Virus record (IMG/VR): IMGVR_UViG_3300033149_003293
Coordinates: 1-50,976 of that record
Origin: a virus
Lineage: Duplodnaviria > Caudoviricetes
Length of the DNA: 50,976 nucleotides
Direction: 5' to 3' (one strand)
In this document: in pieces, positions 7,742 through 15,958 of the stretch
How positions within the stretch are numbered: the first letter of the stretch is position 1
Layout: every line of letters starts with the position of its first letter
Notes under the pieces: model-generated
Database searches by the model: none
What the model saw: the letters and a program-made list of their open reading frames with translations, nothing else
What the model was told of the DNA's origin: nothing
Program-made: the position numbers and the translations under genes

Positions 7742-8971
7742 TTATTTACCCCGAGCTTTTTCAAGCTCTTTATCATATGGATCATCTCCAGCATAATACC
7801 AAATTCCCTCTGGTTTAAATTTCCACCCTTTTATTAGCTTGAATTTAAGCGATTTGCCCGTCAAGGATTCTTCTGTTTTTCTATTTTTACACTTCAATAT
7901 CTTCGCCATTCCATATAGACCGTCCTTATCTCGCTTAGTATCGAAAATCATATATAAGCGGGGGTAGTGCATTGAATACTCTTTCCCATATCCCAAATCT
8001 CTATCAAATGGCTTTTGTAGGGCAGCTATACAAATACCGGTCTTTAATTTTTGGTGAATCCGCTTGAATGTTTGTCCAACCTTAAATGGTTCATCCTCTT
8101 GAATAAAGTCTATAATCGTTACCCCGTCTGATAAAACCACATCCTCAAAATTACTGTCTCGTTCATAAACTTCATCTAAATCCCAATCATCTTCTTTCAT
8201 ATCCTCATGTAGGGATACTCGCTTCCTAAACTCTTGTTCACCCATATCATTAACAAGATACAATGCTTGTCTTCCATAAACCCTTTGTATTTTCTTTTGA
8301 TTTGCAGCCAACCATCGTAATAGATACGCTGTTTTCCCACCATCTGGATGAGAACAAATCACAATAAGATTTTTCTGGTAGCAACAAAAAAACTCATCAA
8401 GGTTTAACCCAAATGTAAATGGCAATGGCTCGGTTGGTGCATTTCGCCACTCTAACTTAGTTAACTCTCGCTCAACCCTCCTAAATTTTCCCTGTTCTTT
8501 TGGATGTCGCTCAATAACTTCCTTCTCTAATTCCCTTAAAATAGCCTGATATGCCCCCTTTTTTTCCCCTTTTGTAGTTAAGTGTAGTTCATTGTAAATT
8601 CTTGTAGTTGTCCACCAACCACTTGTAGTCCTAATCCAGTCTTGTACCATTTTGGTCATTCCGGTTTTTTCTTGTTTTTTTTCTCTATCCGCTACTTTTC
8701 CGATTTCTTCCATATAGTTTTTGACAGCGTAGACATCATTGGTTTCAAAGAGTGTTCCCCAATATTCCCACATCTTTTTATATATATCCCACTGTTCCAG
8801 GTCTTTCTTCCATTGTTTAAAATCTTCTTCTTTAATCTTGTTTAAATCTATATCATCTCCTTTGAAGTGTTTTTGTAATAACTCTATTTCTTGGGGGGAG
8901 AGATTCATGTAGTTCTCCGTAGCTATTTGTAGTTCACTTGTAGTTTTCTTGCCATTTTTTGTAGTTGTCAT
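7742..8971 (-). CDS. Replication protein: winged-helix domain plus RecA/DnaB-like P-loop helicase
   Basis: Walker A variant SHPDGGKT, Walker B IIDF, ALQK, KCKNR; preceding wHTH-like segment WIRTTSGWWTTTRIYNEL...GKFRRV; start re-called at 8971. Confidence 0.7.
   Translation of the reverse strand: MTTTKNGKKTTSELQIATENYMNLSPQEIELLQKHFKGDDIDLNKIKEEDFKQWKKDLEQWDIYKKMWEYWGTLFETNDVYAVKNYMEEIGKVADREKKQEKTGMTKMVQDWIRTTSGWWTTTRIYNELHLTTKGEKKGAYQAILRELEKEVIERHPKEQGKFRRVERELTKLEWRNAPTEPLPFTFGLNLDEFFCCYQKNLIVICSHPDGGKTAYLLRWLAANQKKIQRVYGRQALYLVNDMGEQEFRKRVSLHEDMKEDDWDLDEVYERDSNFEDVVLSDGVTIIDFIQEDEPFKVGQTFKRIHQKLKTGICIAALQKPFDRDLGYGKEYSMHYPRLYMIFDTKRDKDGLYGMAKILKCKNRKTEESLTGKSLKFKLIKGWKFKPEGIWYYAGDDPYDKELEKARGK
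8573..8630. repeat. Iteron-like TGTAGTT array 1 (10-bp phase)
   Basis: Copies at 8573, 8583, 8603; degenerate copies at 8593 and 8624. Confidence 0.7.
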
Positions 8972-8977
8972 GTAGTT
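8908..8977. repeat. Iteron-like TGTAGTT array 2 (10-11-bp phase)
   Basis: Copies at 8908, 8928, 8939, 8960, 8971; degenerate copy at 8918. Confidence 0.75.
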
Positions 8978-8984
8978 ATTTCCC

Positions 8985-9094
8985 CACGCGCGCGCGCGAA
9001 AAGAATAAGAATATAAGAATAAGAAAAGAGATAAGAAAGAATACAAGAAAGAAAGAGTACTCGGTTTTCCCTTAGTGAGGGAAACCTCGTACTC
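8985..9094. other. Candidate origin elements: (CG)n tract, purine-rich AAGAATAAGA repeats, long hairpin
   Basis: CACGCGCGCGCGCG 8985-8998; A/G-rich run 8999-9057; GAGTAC-GGTTT-CCCT/AGGG-AAACC-GTACTC stem 9055-9094. Confidence 0.55.
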
Positions 9095-9131
9095 AACATC
9101 ACTGCCCTGCGCCTGCCTGCCACAGCTCCGC

Positions 9132-9767
9132 TCATTTCTTCCCCCCTTTCTTTTCCCCTAGCTGTTTGGCCAACCACTCCCCTATTTTCCGCTTGTAGTG
9201 GTCATAGAAGGTGGTGTCCCCATGTTGGTGATACTCGTTGTGACACTCCCTGCACAGTGGGATGGTGAACGCACCGCCCATTTTCTTGGTGATCGGCCAG
9301 TGGGCATCCTCGACTGGGGTAGCACCACAGATACAACAGGAGGGGCTAGGGTCAAGGAGGTTATCTTTTGCCTGGAACGGCATCGGTGGTTTTCCCCTAG
9401 CCCTCCTTATTTTGTTCAGCAAATCTTTCCATGACAGCTCTCTACATGCCTCAAGCCACTCGTCTATCTCAGCCGTGGGTAGGTCTGGCAGTTTCTCCAT
9501 TACTTCTTTTAGTCTGTCGTGGTGTATATCATGTATATCGCTTACCTCAAGGCCGTGGTGTAGGATATAGTATTCCACCAGAGCCATACACAGCTTAGCA
9601 TCTTTTCGCACATCATTCTGTGACAAATACTCTGCAAACGTGTCTGCCTGGCCGCGGTAGTCCTTGCTTTCCCTGATCTGTATGAGGTCTGCCCCACGTT
9701 TCAGCATGGTATGGGTTATTACACCTATCCATTTGGGTTGTTGTGAGAGTAGAATGTCATTAATCAT
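9132..9767 (-). CDS. Protein with C-terminal DUF968/Ref-like HNH Zn domain
   Basis: CCICG...AHW...IPLCRECHNEYHQHG. Confidence 0.75.
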   Translation of the reverse strand: MINDILLSQQPKWIGVITHTMLKRGADLIQIRESKDYRGQADTFAEYLSQNDVRKDAKLCMALVEYYILHHGLEVSDIHDIHHDRLKEVMEKLPDLPTAEIDEWLEACRELSWKDLLNKIRRARGKPPMPFQAKDNLLDPSPSCCICGATPVEDAHWPITKKMGGAFTIPLCRECHNEYHQHGDTTFYDHYKRKIGEWLAKQLGEKKGGKK

Positions 9768-10162
9768 TTTTCATTGTTTTCCTTTATTGTTGTTTCCCTT
9801 AGTACTTCCAGGAGCACAGAGAGTAGTGTTTCGTGGAGTTCTTTGGTTGTAATAACTGCTGATGACCAATCTTTGAATCTTTTTTCTAGAGTAATAAACG
9901 TACCAAATGGACATGAACTGTTATATATTTTTTCTAAACAATCATAAATTGAGAGGATTGGGAACCCAGATTTTGTTTTGAATTGGGGGTTACCCAAAGT
10001 ATAGCTCTCATTAGTGAAGAAATACTCACCAATAATAGAGATGACAAGCCTAGTTTTATTAGCTACCCGTATCCAACACCCCTCATAGAGCTCCATCCTC
10101 CAATACTTGGCAATTTCTCTACACTTATCAATAATTGGTTGCATTATGTCTGATTCTTTCAC
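9764..10162 (-). CDS. Hypothetical protein
   Basis: 132-aa coupled ORF. Confidence 0.65.
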   Translation of the reverse strand: MKESDIMQPIIDKCREIAKYWRMELYEGCWIRVANKTRLVISIIGEYFFTNESYTLGNPQFKTKSGFPILSIYDCLEKIYNSSCPFGTFITLEKRFKDWSSAVITTKELHETLLSVLLEVLRETTIKENNEK

Positions 10163-10486
10163 TTACTTCTCCTCGTCTATTTCCCACAGTCCAAGTGTTT
10201 GTTCCCTGACCTTTTCATGGTGGAGTAGTTCCTGCTTGATTTTCCACTGTTCTACTTTCGCCTTCTTGCACTCATCAGAGCAAAATGCTTTTCCGGTAGT
10301 GACTAGAGTACCGCATACCGGACAATCATGGGCTATCCCCCATGCTCCACTTGCTTCCTGGTAGTCAGTATCTCTCTCAATATCCTCAGCCCATTGCATA
10401 CTATGGGGGAAAAGATCATCGAATAGCCGGAAGCTGTGATTTGTTTCCCCCAATTCTTTTAAAGCTCGTTCCATACTTTCTTTCAT
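10163..10486 (-). CDS. Zn-ribbon (DUF2116-like) protein
   Basis: HDCPVCG...FCSDEC. Confidence 0.7.
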   Translation of the reverse strand: MKESMERALKELGETNHSFRLFDDLFPHSMQWAEDIERDTDYQEASGAWGIAHDCPVCGTLVTTGKAFCSDECKKAKVEQWKIKQELLHHEKVREQTLGLWEIDEEK

Positions 10487-10488
10487 GG

Positions 10489-11307
10489 TTAACCTCCTAT
10501 GATTTTATCGCAATAGTCTTTGTATTGCCAACAATGTTTTTTACCGCCGCAATAGTCCTCACACCTAAATGCCTTGCCATTTCTTATCCACATTTCTTTT
10601 TCTGTACATGGTGGAGGGTTGCCCGTTGCCTGATCTTCCAGGCTTTCTTCCAAGCGGCGGGCAACAAAATCTCTCACCTCTTTTTCATCCATAATGGGAA
10701 CACTTACTGTAACAGATGGTGAGGGACAATCTTTTTTGAGTCTGTAGTTGTGATCCCGTATTAACATTTTTAGTTTAAGATGTTCAGCTTCGGGAAAAAA
10801 GAATGTGCGATAGATATTCAACTGTTCTCGGTATGTAGATTCTTCCCACTTGTGTTCAAGTAGGTATTTTCCGGTGTAGTAATATTTAACAGTTTTCCAA
10901 TCCCATAATGTTTTTGTTCGTGTGTCATAGAGGTCAGGAGTACCACGAAGGGTAGCACCGTTGATTTTTACGTTAAATCGCTTCTCGTAAATATACCTAT
11001 TCTCGAACAAATCATCATTGTTTTTATCGAGTCCAGTCTCAATTACTTTATGCAAGGCAGTACCATAAACGCTCCAGAGCATAGATTCCGGCGAGATGTA
11101 ATAGGGGTAGTTGCGTTCCAAGTAGAGACACTGGCGAGGCTTAACAAGCTCAGTGGCACTGTAAACGCCCTCTACAACGTCTCTCACGCCCTCCATCATG
11201 GCGGCGAGTAGTGGAAGGGGCTCACATTCCACCTGACAACATTGACACTCATTCTCAAATTTTACATTCCCCTGGTCAAGGGGACAAATAAATCCTACTA
11301 ATGCCAT
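10489..11307 (-). CDS. PD-(D/E)XK exonuclease, Cas4-like
   Basis: SATEL..P, GTALH, E, GTPD, DWKT, QLNIY, C-terminal Cys cluster; AAGGAGG SD before 11307. Confidence 0.85.
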   Translation of the reverse strand: MALVGFICPLDQGNVKFENECQCCQVECEPLPLLAAMMEGVRDVVEGVYSATELVKPRQCLYLERNYPYYISPESMLWSVYGTALHKVIETGLDKNNDDLFENRYIYEKRFNVKINGATLRGTPDLYDTRTKTLWDWKTVKYYYTGKYLLEHKWEESTYREQLNIYRTFFFPEAEHLKLKMLIRDHNYRLKKDCPSPSVTVSVPIMDEKEVRDFVARRLEESLEDQATGNPPPCTEKEMWIRNGKAFRCEDYCGGKKHCWQYKDYCDKIIGG

Positions 11308-11317
11308 AATAGCCTCC

Positions 11318-11866
11318 TTACAATTTAATTTCCCCAACCCTTTTTATTGCTTTTTCCCATTGCCCAACTTTTTCATTTGTTTCTTTAATATCCTTGCGAT
11401 AATTTTCTACTAATTTTTTATCAGAATTTTTGTTCATTAAATTTAGAAGATAAAAATACCTTTTCTTCCAATCTTTCAGGCCAGATTCAACTTTCATAGA
11501 TTTTAGTTGGATGTTAGTAAAAATTGGGCTATATATTTTTTGAAAGTTTTTGTAATAAAAGTTGTATTTTCCTTCCCAAAAAAAATGGATTGTGACAAAA
11601 CTGGAATTCCAAGTCCGACTAGAAGTGCTGATTATCTTTGGTCTACTAAAATCAAAAAGTTCCTCTGCATTTATGTAATACCGATGGGCAATTGGGGCAA
11701 AATCTTCTGGTTTGGTATAAACTCCAAAGTTTGTATAACATCGCCCATTGAAAGAATTGCAACTTAATTCATAGGTAGCATTAGGAAATAATGAAAACAT
11801 TTTTTCCAATGCTTTCTGATGCTCCCTGAATGATTTTTTTACTTGTTTAATTGTTATGATACTCAT
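11318..11866 (-). CDS. AT-rich hypothetical protein
   Basis: 182-aa ORF with GGAGGG SD. Confidence 0.7.
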   Translation of the reverse strand: MSIITIKQVKKSFREHQKALEKMFSLFPNATYELSCNSFNGRCYTNFGVYTKPEDFAPIAHRYYINAEELFDFSRPKIISTSSRTWNSSFVTIHFFWEGKYNFYYKNFQKIYSPIFTNIQLKSMKVESGLKDWKKRYFYLLNLMNKNSDKKLVENYRKDIKETNEKVGQWEKAIKRVGEIKL

Positions 11867-11902
11867 TCACCCCTCCTTTTTAGATTCTCAAATTTTAAAA
11901 TC

Positions 11903-12019
11903 TCAGAACACCCACAGTCCAACAATAAAGAGAACAATAGCGACGTGTAGTCCAAAGACTACCCACGCCAGGGGGTCTTTTACTATTTGTTTCCAGAGTA
12001 GTTTGTCTTGATCAGTCAT
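11903..12019 (-). CDS. Small membrane protein, 38 aa
   Basis: MTDQDKLLWKQIVKDPLAWVVFGLHVAIVLFIVGLWVF; ATGA overlap. Confidence 0.6.
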   Translation of the reverse strand: MTDQDKLLWKQIVKDPLAWVVFGLHVAIVLFIVGLWVF

Positions 12020-12492
12020 TTGCCCATACTTTTGAAGAACTCATACCAGCTAAGAGCGACAGATTTCTTGTACTCATGTTGCTGTTTATTGTCCATACCA
12101 TCCAGGTTGTGAGTCTTTGTGTCCTCGGCGGCCACTTTAGCAGCAGTCTGGAGCATGATGACATCTTCCCTGTCTTGACCTTTTTTCGGCGGGGTAGCAC
12201 TAATGTCCTCATTAACATCTATTTCAGGAATACCCACGTTGGCAAGGTTGAAAAATGTTATAGTTTTCCCATTGTATTCCTTGATTTTCCGCTCAATGGT
12301 GAATTTTGCCACTTCCCCAACTTTGAGATTATCTAGGAACTCTTGTTGTGCTGGATTCAATACGTTGAACCATGCTCTTACTTTGTAACTCTTGTCTGTC
12401 TTTTCATTATGTAGTACCAGGTCTCGAAATGCCCCCTGTTCATCAGGGAAATTACTGCTTACCCTAGCTATTGCTATAAATTGATTGTCCAT
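12016..12492 (-). CDS. Putative OB-fold ssDNA-binding protein
   Basis: LKVGEVAKFTIERKIKEYNGKTITFFNL OB-like strands; near the exonuclease gene; alternative in-frame GTG start at 12603. Confidence 0.6.
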   Translation of the reverse strand: MDNQFIAIARVSSNFPDEQGAFRDLVLHNEKTDKSYKVRAWFNVLNPAQQEFLDNLKVGEVAKFTIERKIKEYNGKTITFFNLANVGIPEIDVNEDISATPPKKGQDREDVIMLQTAAKVAAEDTKTHNLDGMDNKQQHEYKKSVALSWYEFFKSMGK

Positions 12493-12644
12493 TTTACCTC
12501 CTTTATCTTGTTTATCTCTTTTATCTCTTTTTTGCCTATCCTCGACGGGGTAGGCATTGAATACTTTAATAAACCTTGATATTTTTTCATCTATTGTTGT
12601 CACGATCCTCCTGCTTAATTTTGCGCCGTGTAGTAAAAAAAAAC

Positions 12645-12674
12645 AGTATATCACACAAAAAACATCGCTGTCAA
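12645..12674 (-). promoter_or_regulatory. Sigma70-type promoter
   Basis: TTGACA-18 bp-TATACT with extended TG. Confidence 0.75.
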
Positions 12675-13042
12675 GGGATGATATAGATTTCTTTTGCCAC
12701 AACAATATTATGTTTATGTCGGTTAATTCCTTGAGTGTGAGCCTTGCGGTATTTGATTTTCCGGATACAACTTGGACTAATTTTTCCACTCATCCAAGCT
12801 TCAGCGGATTTTCTTGTTTTGAAAACATGCCATCCCAAAGGGTATTTTCCTTCAATCGGTGCAAGAAATGCTCTCTCATCCGGTGTTGGGGTATAATTTT
12901 CTGATTTTAGCCATACTCCAACCGGTCTTGACTTACATTGGGCTGTATAGTCCCCGACTAGCATCCCATTTCTTACCTCGAAAACCTTATAACCGTATCC
13001 CTTTGGCTTTGGTTTCTCTTTTGATACTATTTTCAAACACAT
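12671..13042 (-). CDS. Basic hypothetical protein
   Basis: MCL...GYKVF...GWHVF motifs; AAGGAGGT SD. Confidence 0.75.
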   Translation of the reverse strand: MCLKIVSKEKPKPKGYGYKVFEVRNGMLVGDYTAQCKSRPVGVWLKSENYTPTPDERAFLAPIEGKYPLGWHVFKTRKSAEAWMSGKISPSCIRKIKYRKAHTQGINRHKHNIVVAKEIYIIP

Positions 13043-13061
13043 TTCTTAAACCTCCTTTATT

Positions 13062-13090
13062 AAAATACTCCAAAAAAATATTACTGTCAA
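13062..13090 (-). promoter_or_regulatory. Sigma70-type promoter
   Basis: TTGACA-17 bp-TATTTT, then SD. Confidence 0.75.
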
Positions 13091-13114
13091 GTATTAAAGT
13101 ATTTCTTTTGTAGT

Positions 13115-13480
13115 TTATCTCCAATCATCAAAATTTGTTCCATATCTATTACACTCCCTCTGGATTTGTTCATAGTAACGTCTGACAAGATTATTTTTAG
13201 CTTCTACAGCCTCACGATTCCTGACGGGGTGTGGGCCGGTAGAGATAAGACCTGGAGAAACAGGTGGTATCCAATCATTGTTTCCCTCGGTTGTTGCATT
13301 CACTCTGTGAGAGTATGGGTCGGCACTTTTGTAATGCTTCTCATTGTATGTTTTTCCATTCCTTTTGTCGCGGCAGGTAGGACAAAGGCCTTTACTCCAT
13401 TTAGCCCAATAGTCACTATTACATTCCGTACATTTGTATTTCTTTTTTACCTGATTTTTCATCTGTTTTTCTTGCTTCAT
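13115..13480 (-). CDS. Zn-finger early protein
   Basis: CTEC...CPTC. Confidence 0.7.
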   Translation of the reverse strand: MKQEKQMKNQVKKKYKCTECNSDYWAKWSKGLCPTCRDKRNGKTYNEKHYKSADPYSHRVNATTEGNNDWIPPVSPGLISTGPHPVRNREAVEAKNNLVRRYYEQIQRECNRYGTNFDDWR

Positions 13481-13800
13481 ATCTCAATATTTCTGTCTGA
13501 GAGTATTTCTCTAGCTGTTTCCTCAGCCATGAACGATACTAATTGATGGGCAAATTGAGAATAATCCCAAGGTGTGTAATCTTGATTGAATGTGGCGAGT
13601 AATTCATATATGTTTTTATACCCCATGTCTTCTGTTGTGTCAGCCAGCCGATCAAATATTTCATATTTGTGTTTTTCAAAGAGCGCTGTTGTGTCATTGT
13701 AATAGATTAACCCATCAAAGCCCCCATCAACACCATGAGTAACCATGTCTTTTAAGTTCTCCTCCTCAAATTCTTCAATCATCCATTCTTTAAATGTCAT
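13477..13800 (-). CDS. Acidic early protein (HG..GG..GLIYY.DT motif)
   Basis: D/E-rich 107 aa, AAGGAGG SD. Confidence 0.75.
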   Translation of the reverse strand: MTFKEWMIEEFEEENLKDMVTHGVDGGFDGLIYYNDTTALFEKHKYEIFDRLADTTEDMGYKNIYELLATFNQDYTPWDYSQFAHQLVSFMAEETAREILSDRNIEI

Positions 13801-13852
13801 TTTAAGCCTCCTTTTTAATTAAGTCATCTCGTAAACTGATTTCCCTTGTTTG

Positions 13853-14029
13853 TTAGACGTTGTAAACACGATAGACGGCTTCCTTAACGTCGCTTAACCC
13901 CATTGATTCAATGTCCGAGAACAGACACAACAGGTCTTTCTTATTTAATCGCTTGACCTGTTCCCTAAAATCTGTCAAATTACCATTGATTTTGTTGTCA
14001 ATGATTTCCCTCGATTTGTCTTTTTTCAT
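13853..14029 (-). CDS. Early hypothetical protein, 58 aa (not in ORF track)
   Basis: MKKDKSREIIDNKINGN...; AGGAGGT SD. Confidence 0.7.
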   Translation of the reverse strand: MKKDKSREIIDNKINGNLTDFREQVKRLNKKDLLCLFSDIESMGLSDVKEAVYRVYNV

Positions 14030-14125
14030 AGTAACCTCCTATTTTATATTGTTTACCCGCCGATTTTCAGACAAATATAAAATTGCCGAATCGGTCATAA
14101 ATGTTGCGATTCAATTGTCGCTTTA

Positions 14126-14320
14126 TTACCACAGCCTATGTCCTGCCCATTGATTACAATTTAGGCATCGCTTGATTTTGAATGTATTTTGTGGTTTATT
14201 TTTAATAATATGAACATCAGCAGAAATAACCTTCATTACCTCAAAGCTTCCAACTTTTTCCGAAGAGTAAACCTGACATTCTCCAAGCCTAGGGTGTCTT
14301 ATAATTTGCCCTATATTCAT
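14126..14320 (-). CDS. Early hypothetical protein
   Basis: MNIGQIIRHPRLGEC; AGGAGGT SD. Confidence 0.65.
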   Translation of the reverse strand: MNIGQIIRHPRLGECQVYSSEKVGSFEVMKVISADVHIIKNKPQNTFKIKRCLNCNQWAGHRLW

Positions 14321-14337
14321 TTCAAAACCTCCTATAA

Positions 14338-14607
14338 TTACCATTCCATAAGATCGGTATCTCTCAGACAATCCTCATCAAAACATTCTGTAATTTCAAA
14401 GTAATTGTTCGGATATTGTCTGTTGATGCTTTTTAATTCCTCAAAGTATCCATCTTTTAGATTGCCGGTATATTTATAACCAGCATCTCTACCATTGCAA
14501 ATCCAAAATTTCAACCCTTCCCTGGCATCCTTTTTTGTATGATAGATGTCATTGACATCTGGCATACATCCGTGAATGCCTCCCAATACATGATAATGTT
14601 TTTTCAT
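14338..14607 (-). CDS. Early hypothetical protein
   Basis: MKKHYHVLGG...; AAGGAGGT SD. Confidence 0.7.
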   Translation of the reverse strand: MKKHYHVLGGIHGCMPDVNDIYHTKKDAREGLKFWICNGRDAGYKYTGNLKDGYFEELKSINRQYPNNYFEITECFDEDCLRDTDLMEW

Positions 14608-14684
14608 AGCAACCTCCTTACAGCCTACCTTGCAGCGGGTAGACCGTTTCAGCCTTACAGCCTCATCAGAGGAGGACAGGTAGA

Positions 14685-15056
14685 CTATACTTTTTTCCAC
14701 ACCCTTAGAAAGCTTACTCCCCTGTATTCATAGACACACTCCCCGCCCAAGGTTTGATACTCTACCTCTTCCGGTAGTGATACTGAGTCTATATATCTAT
14801 ATTTTACTCCGTCAACGATACTCTCATCCCCGATCTCAAGATTTTCGTGATATCCTGGGATATACTCTACCATACAATCATCATCCTCACAATATAGATG
14901 CAGCCAATATGGGACAGGATGTAGGGCAAAATGATCATTGCAATCATCACAATCCAAGTATAGATAATGGAACTGATTATCCCTGTATTTTTCAGACTCC
15001 TCAGACTCCAGGAACTCCTCAAGGTTTGCCTTTGTTTTGAATACATCTTTTATCAT
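14685..15056 (-). CDS. Very acidic first gene of the left arm
   Basis: Directly after the promoter; AGGAGGT SD; D/E-rich with CDDC. Confidence 0.75.
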   Translation of the reverse strand: MIKDVFKTKANLEEFLESEESEKYRDNQFHYLYLDCDDCNDHFALHPVPYWLHLYCEDDDCMVEYIPGYHENLEIGDESIVDGVKYRYIDSVSLPEEVEYQTLGGECVYEYRGVSFLRVWKKV

Positions 15057-15075
15057 TTTTAACCTCCTATAATTA

Positions 15076-15104
15076 AATATACACTCACAAGCACGATTTG
15101 TCAA
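15076..15104 (-). promoter_or_regulatory. Leftward early sigma70-type promoter
   Basis: TTGACA-17 bp-TATATT. Confidence 0.85.
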
Positions 15105-15570
15105 GGAATTTCTGGGAATTTCTGGAAAAACTTTAAAAAAAACCAGGAAAAGCCCGGGGATCAAGGGAGAACCCCGGGGAATCGCCTATGCCCCGGGAGC
15201 TGCCGGCGGGGTAGTACACGAATCCCCCATACAAAGATATAATACCACCCCATCATATACCACAATCGTAGTAATATCTACCACAATCCCTTGCCGGTAC
15301 CATACTATCTTTATTAATATGTATCTCCAGAGAGGATACCTCCCCATTCCTCCTCTCCCCTCCCCTGTAGAGACCCATATAGGAGACCCATTACCCCCAT
15401 CGGGGGGACGAGGGGGCAGTATCCTTCTCTTTGGTATGGGTTATATTTTTGTAGCATATGGGGCTTTTTTCAGTGAGGGGCTTTTTTCAGTGATGGTCTT
15501 CTTTCAGCGAGTGCTGAAAGCAGGGATTTACTGAAATAGTGAAAAAGAGCACCTGGTGGTGAAAAAAGCA
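15105..15570. repeat. Repeat-rich divergent control region
   Basis: GGAATTTCTG x2, CCCGGG x3, TACCACAATC x2, C- and G-tracts, three 17-bp GGGGCTTTTTTCAGTGA-type units (15460-15510) plus inverted copies. Confidence 0.75.
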
Positions 15571-15571
15571 C

Positions 15572-15600
15572 TTGACAATGGTGTAGTATTGGGGTATATT
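15572..15600 (+). promoter_or_regulatory. Rightward sigma70-type promoter
   Basis: TTGACA-17 bp-TATATT. Confidence 0.85.
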
Positions 15601-15638
15601 GGGGGTATGGACTACACGCTGATTTTTATGGAGGAGAC

Positions 15639-15899
15639 ATGATTATTTTAGTGGTTATTTTGTGGGTTATTTGTGGTGTACTTGCGGCTGGTGGGTTATA
15701 TTCTTATGCTCAGTGGGACATTCCTTTCACTCCGATGTTATTTTCTCCTAGAGAGCGGCGGGCAAATAGGAGGGGTGATATGGCAATGGCGTGTTTGTTT
15801 GGGTTGTCTGGGCCACTGGCTTTGATTATGGCTGCATTTGCTACTGGTTTTTTTGTTCATGGTTTTTTCAGGAGTTATCGGCATAGAGGTGAGCTGTAG
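15639..15899 (+). CDS. Two-TM membrane protein
   Basis: Two hydrophobic segments; GGAGG SD. Confidence 0.7.
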   Translation: MIILVVILWVICGVLAAGGLYSYAQWDIPFTPMLFSPRERRANRRGDMAMACLFGLSGPLALIMAAFATGFFVHGFFRSYRHRGEL

Positions 15900-15923
15900 A
15901 CTACCCGCCGGTTTTTTCAGCAC

Positions 15924-15952
15924 TTGACATGGTTTATATTTTATGCTAGGAT
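15924..15952 (+). promoter_or_regulatory. Sigma70-type promoter, probably giving a leaderless transcript
   Basis: TTGACA-17 bp-TAGGAT with extended TG; ATG begins 7 nt after the -10; no SD. Confidence 0.7.
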
Positions 15953-15958
15953 ATAGTT

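Noticed and set aside
8972-9046. Signal-peptide-like N-terminal extension of the helicase in the ORF track
   Set aside because: It is the translation of the polypyrimidine/(CG)n element; ATG 8971 is the more plausible start
10489-11307. Cas4 as part of a CRISPR system
   Set aside because: No other cas genes or array; the SSB-linked context indicates a recombination exonuclease
15319-15534. 71-aa ORF in the control region
   Set aside because: Built from C/G tracts and tandem repeats, lies upstream of the rightward promoter, and has no SD
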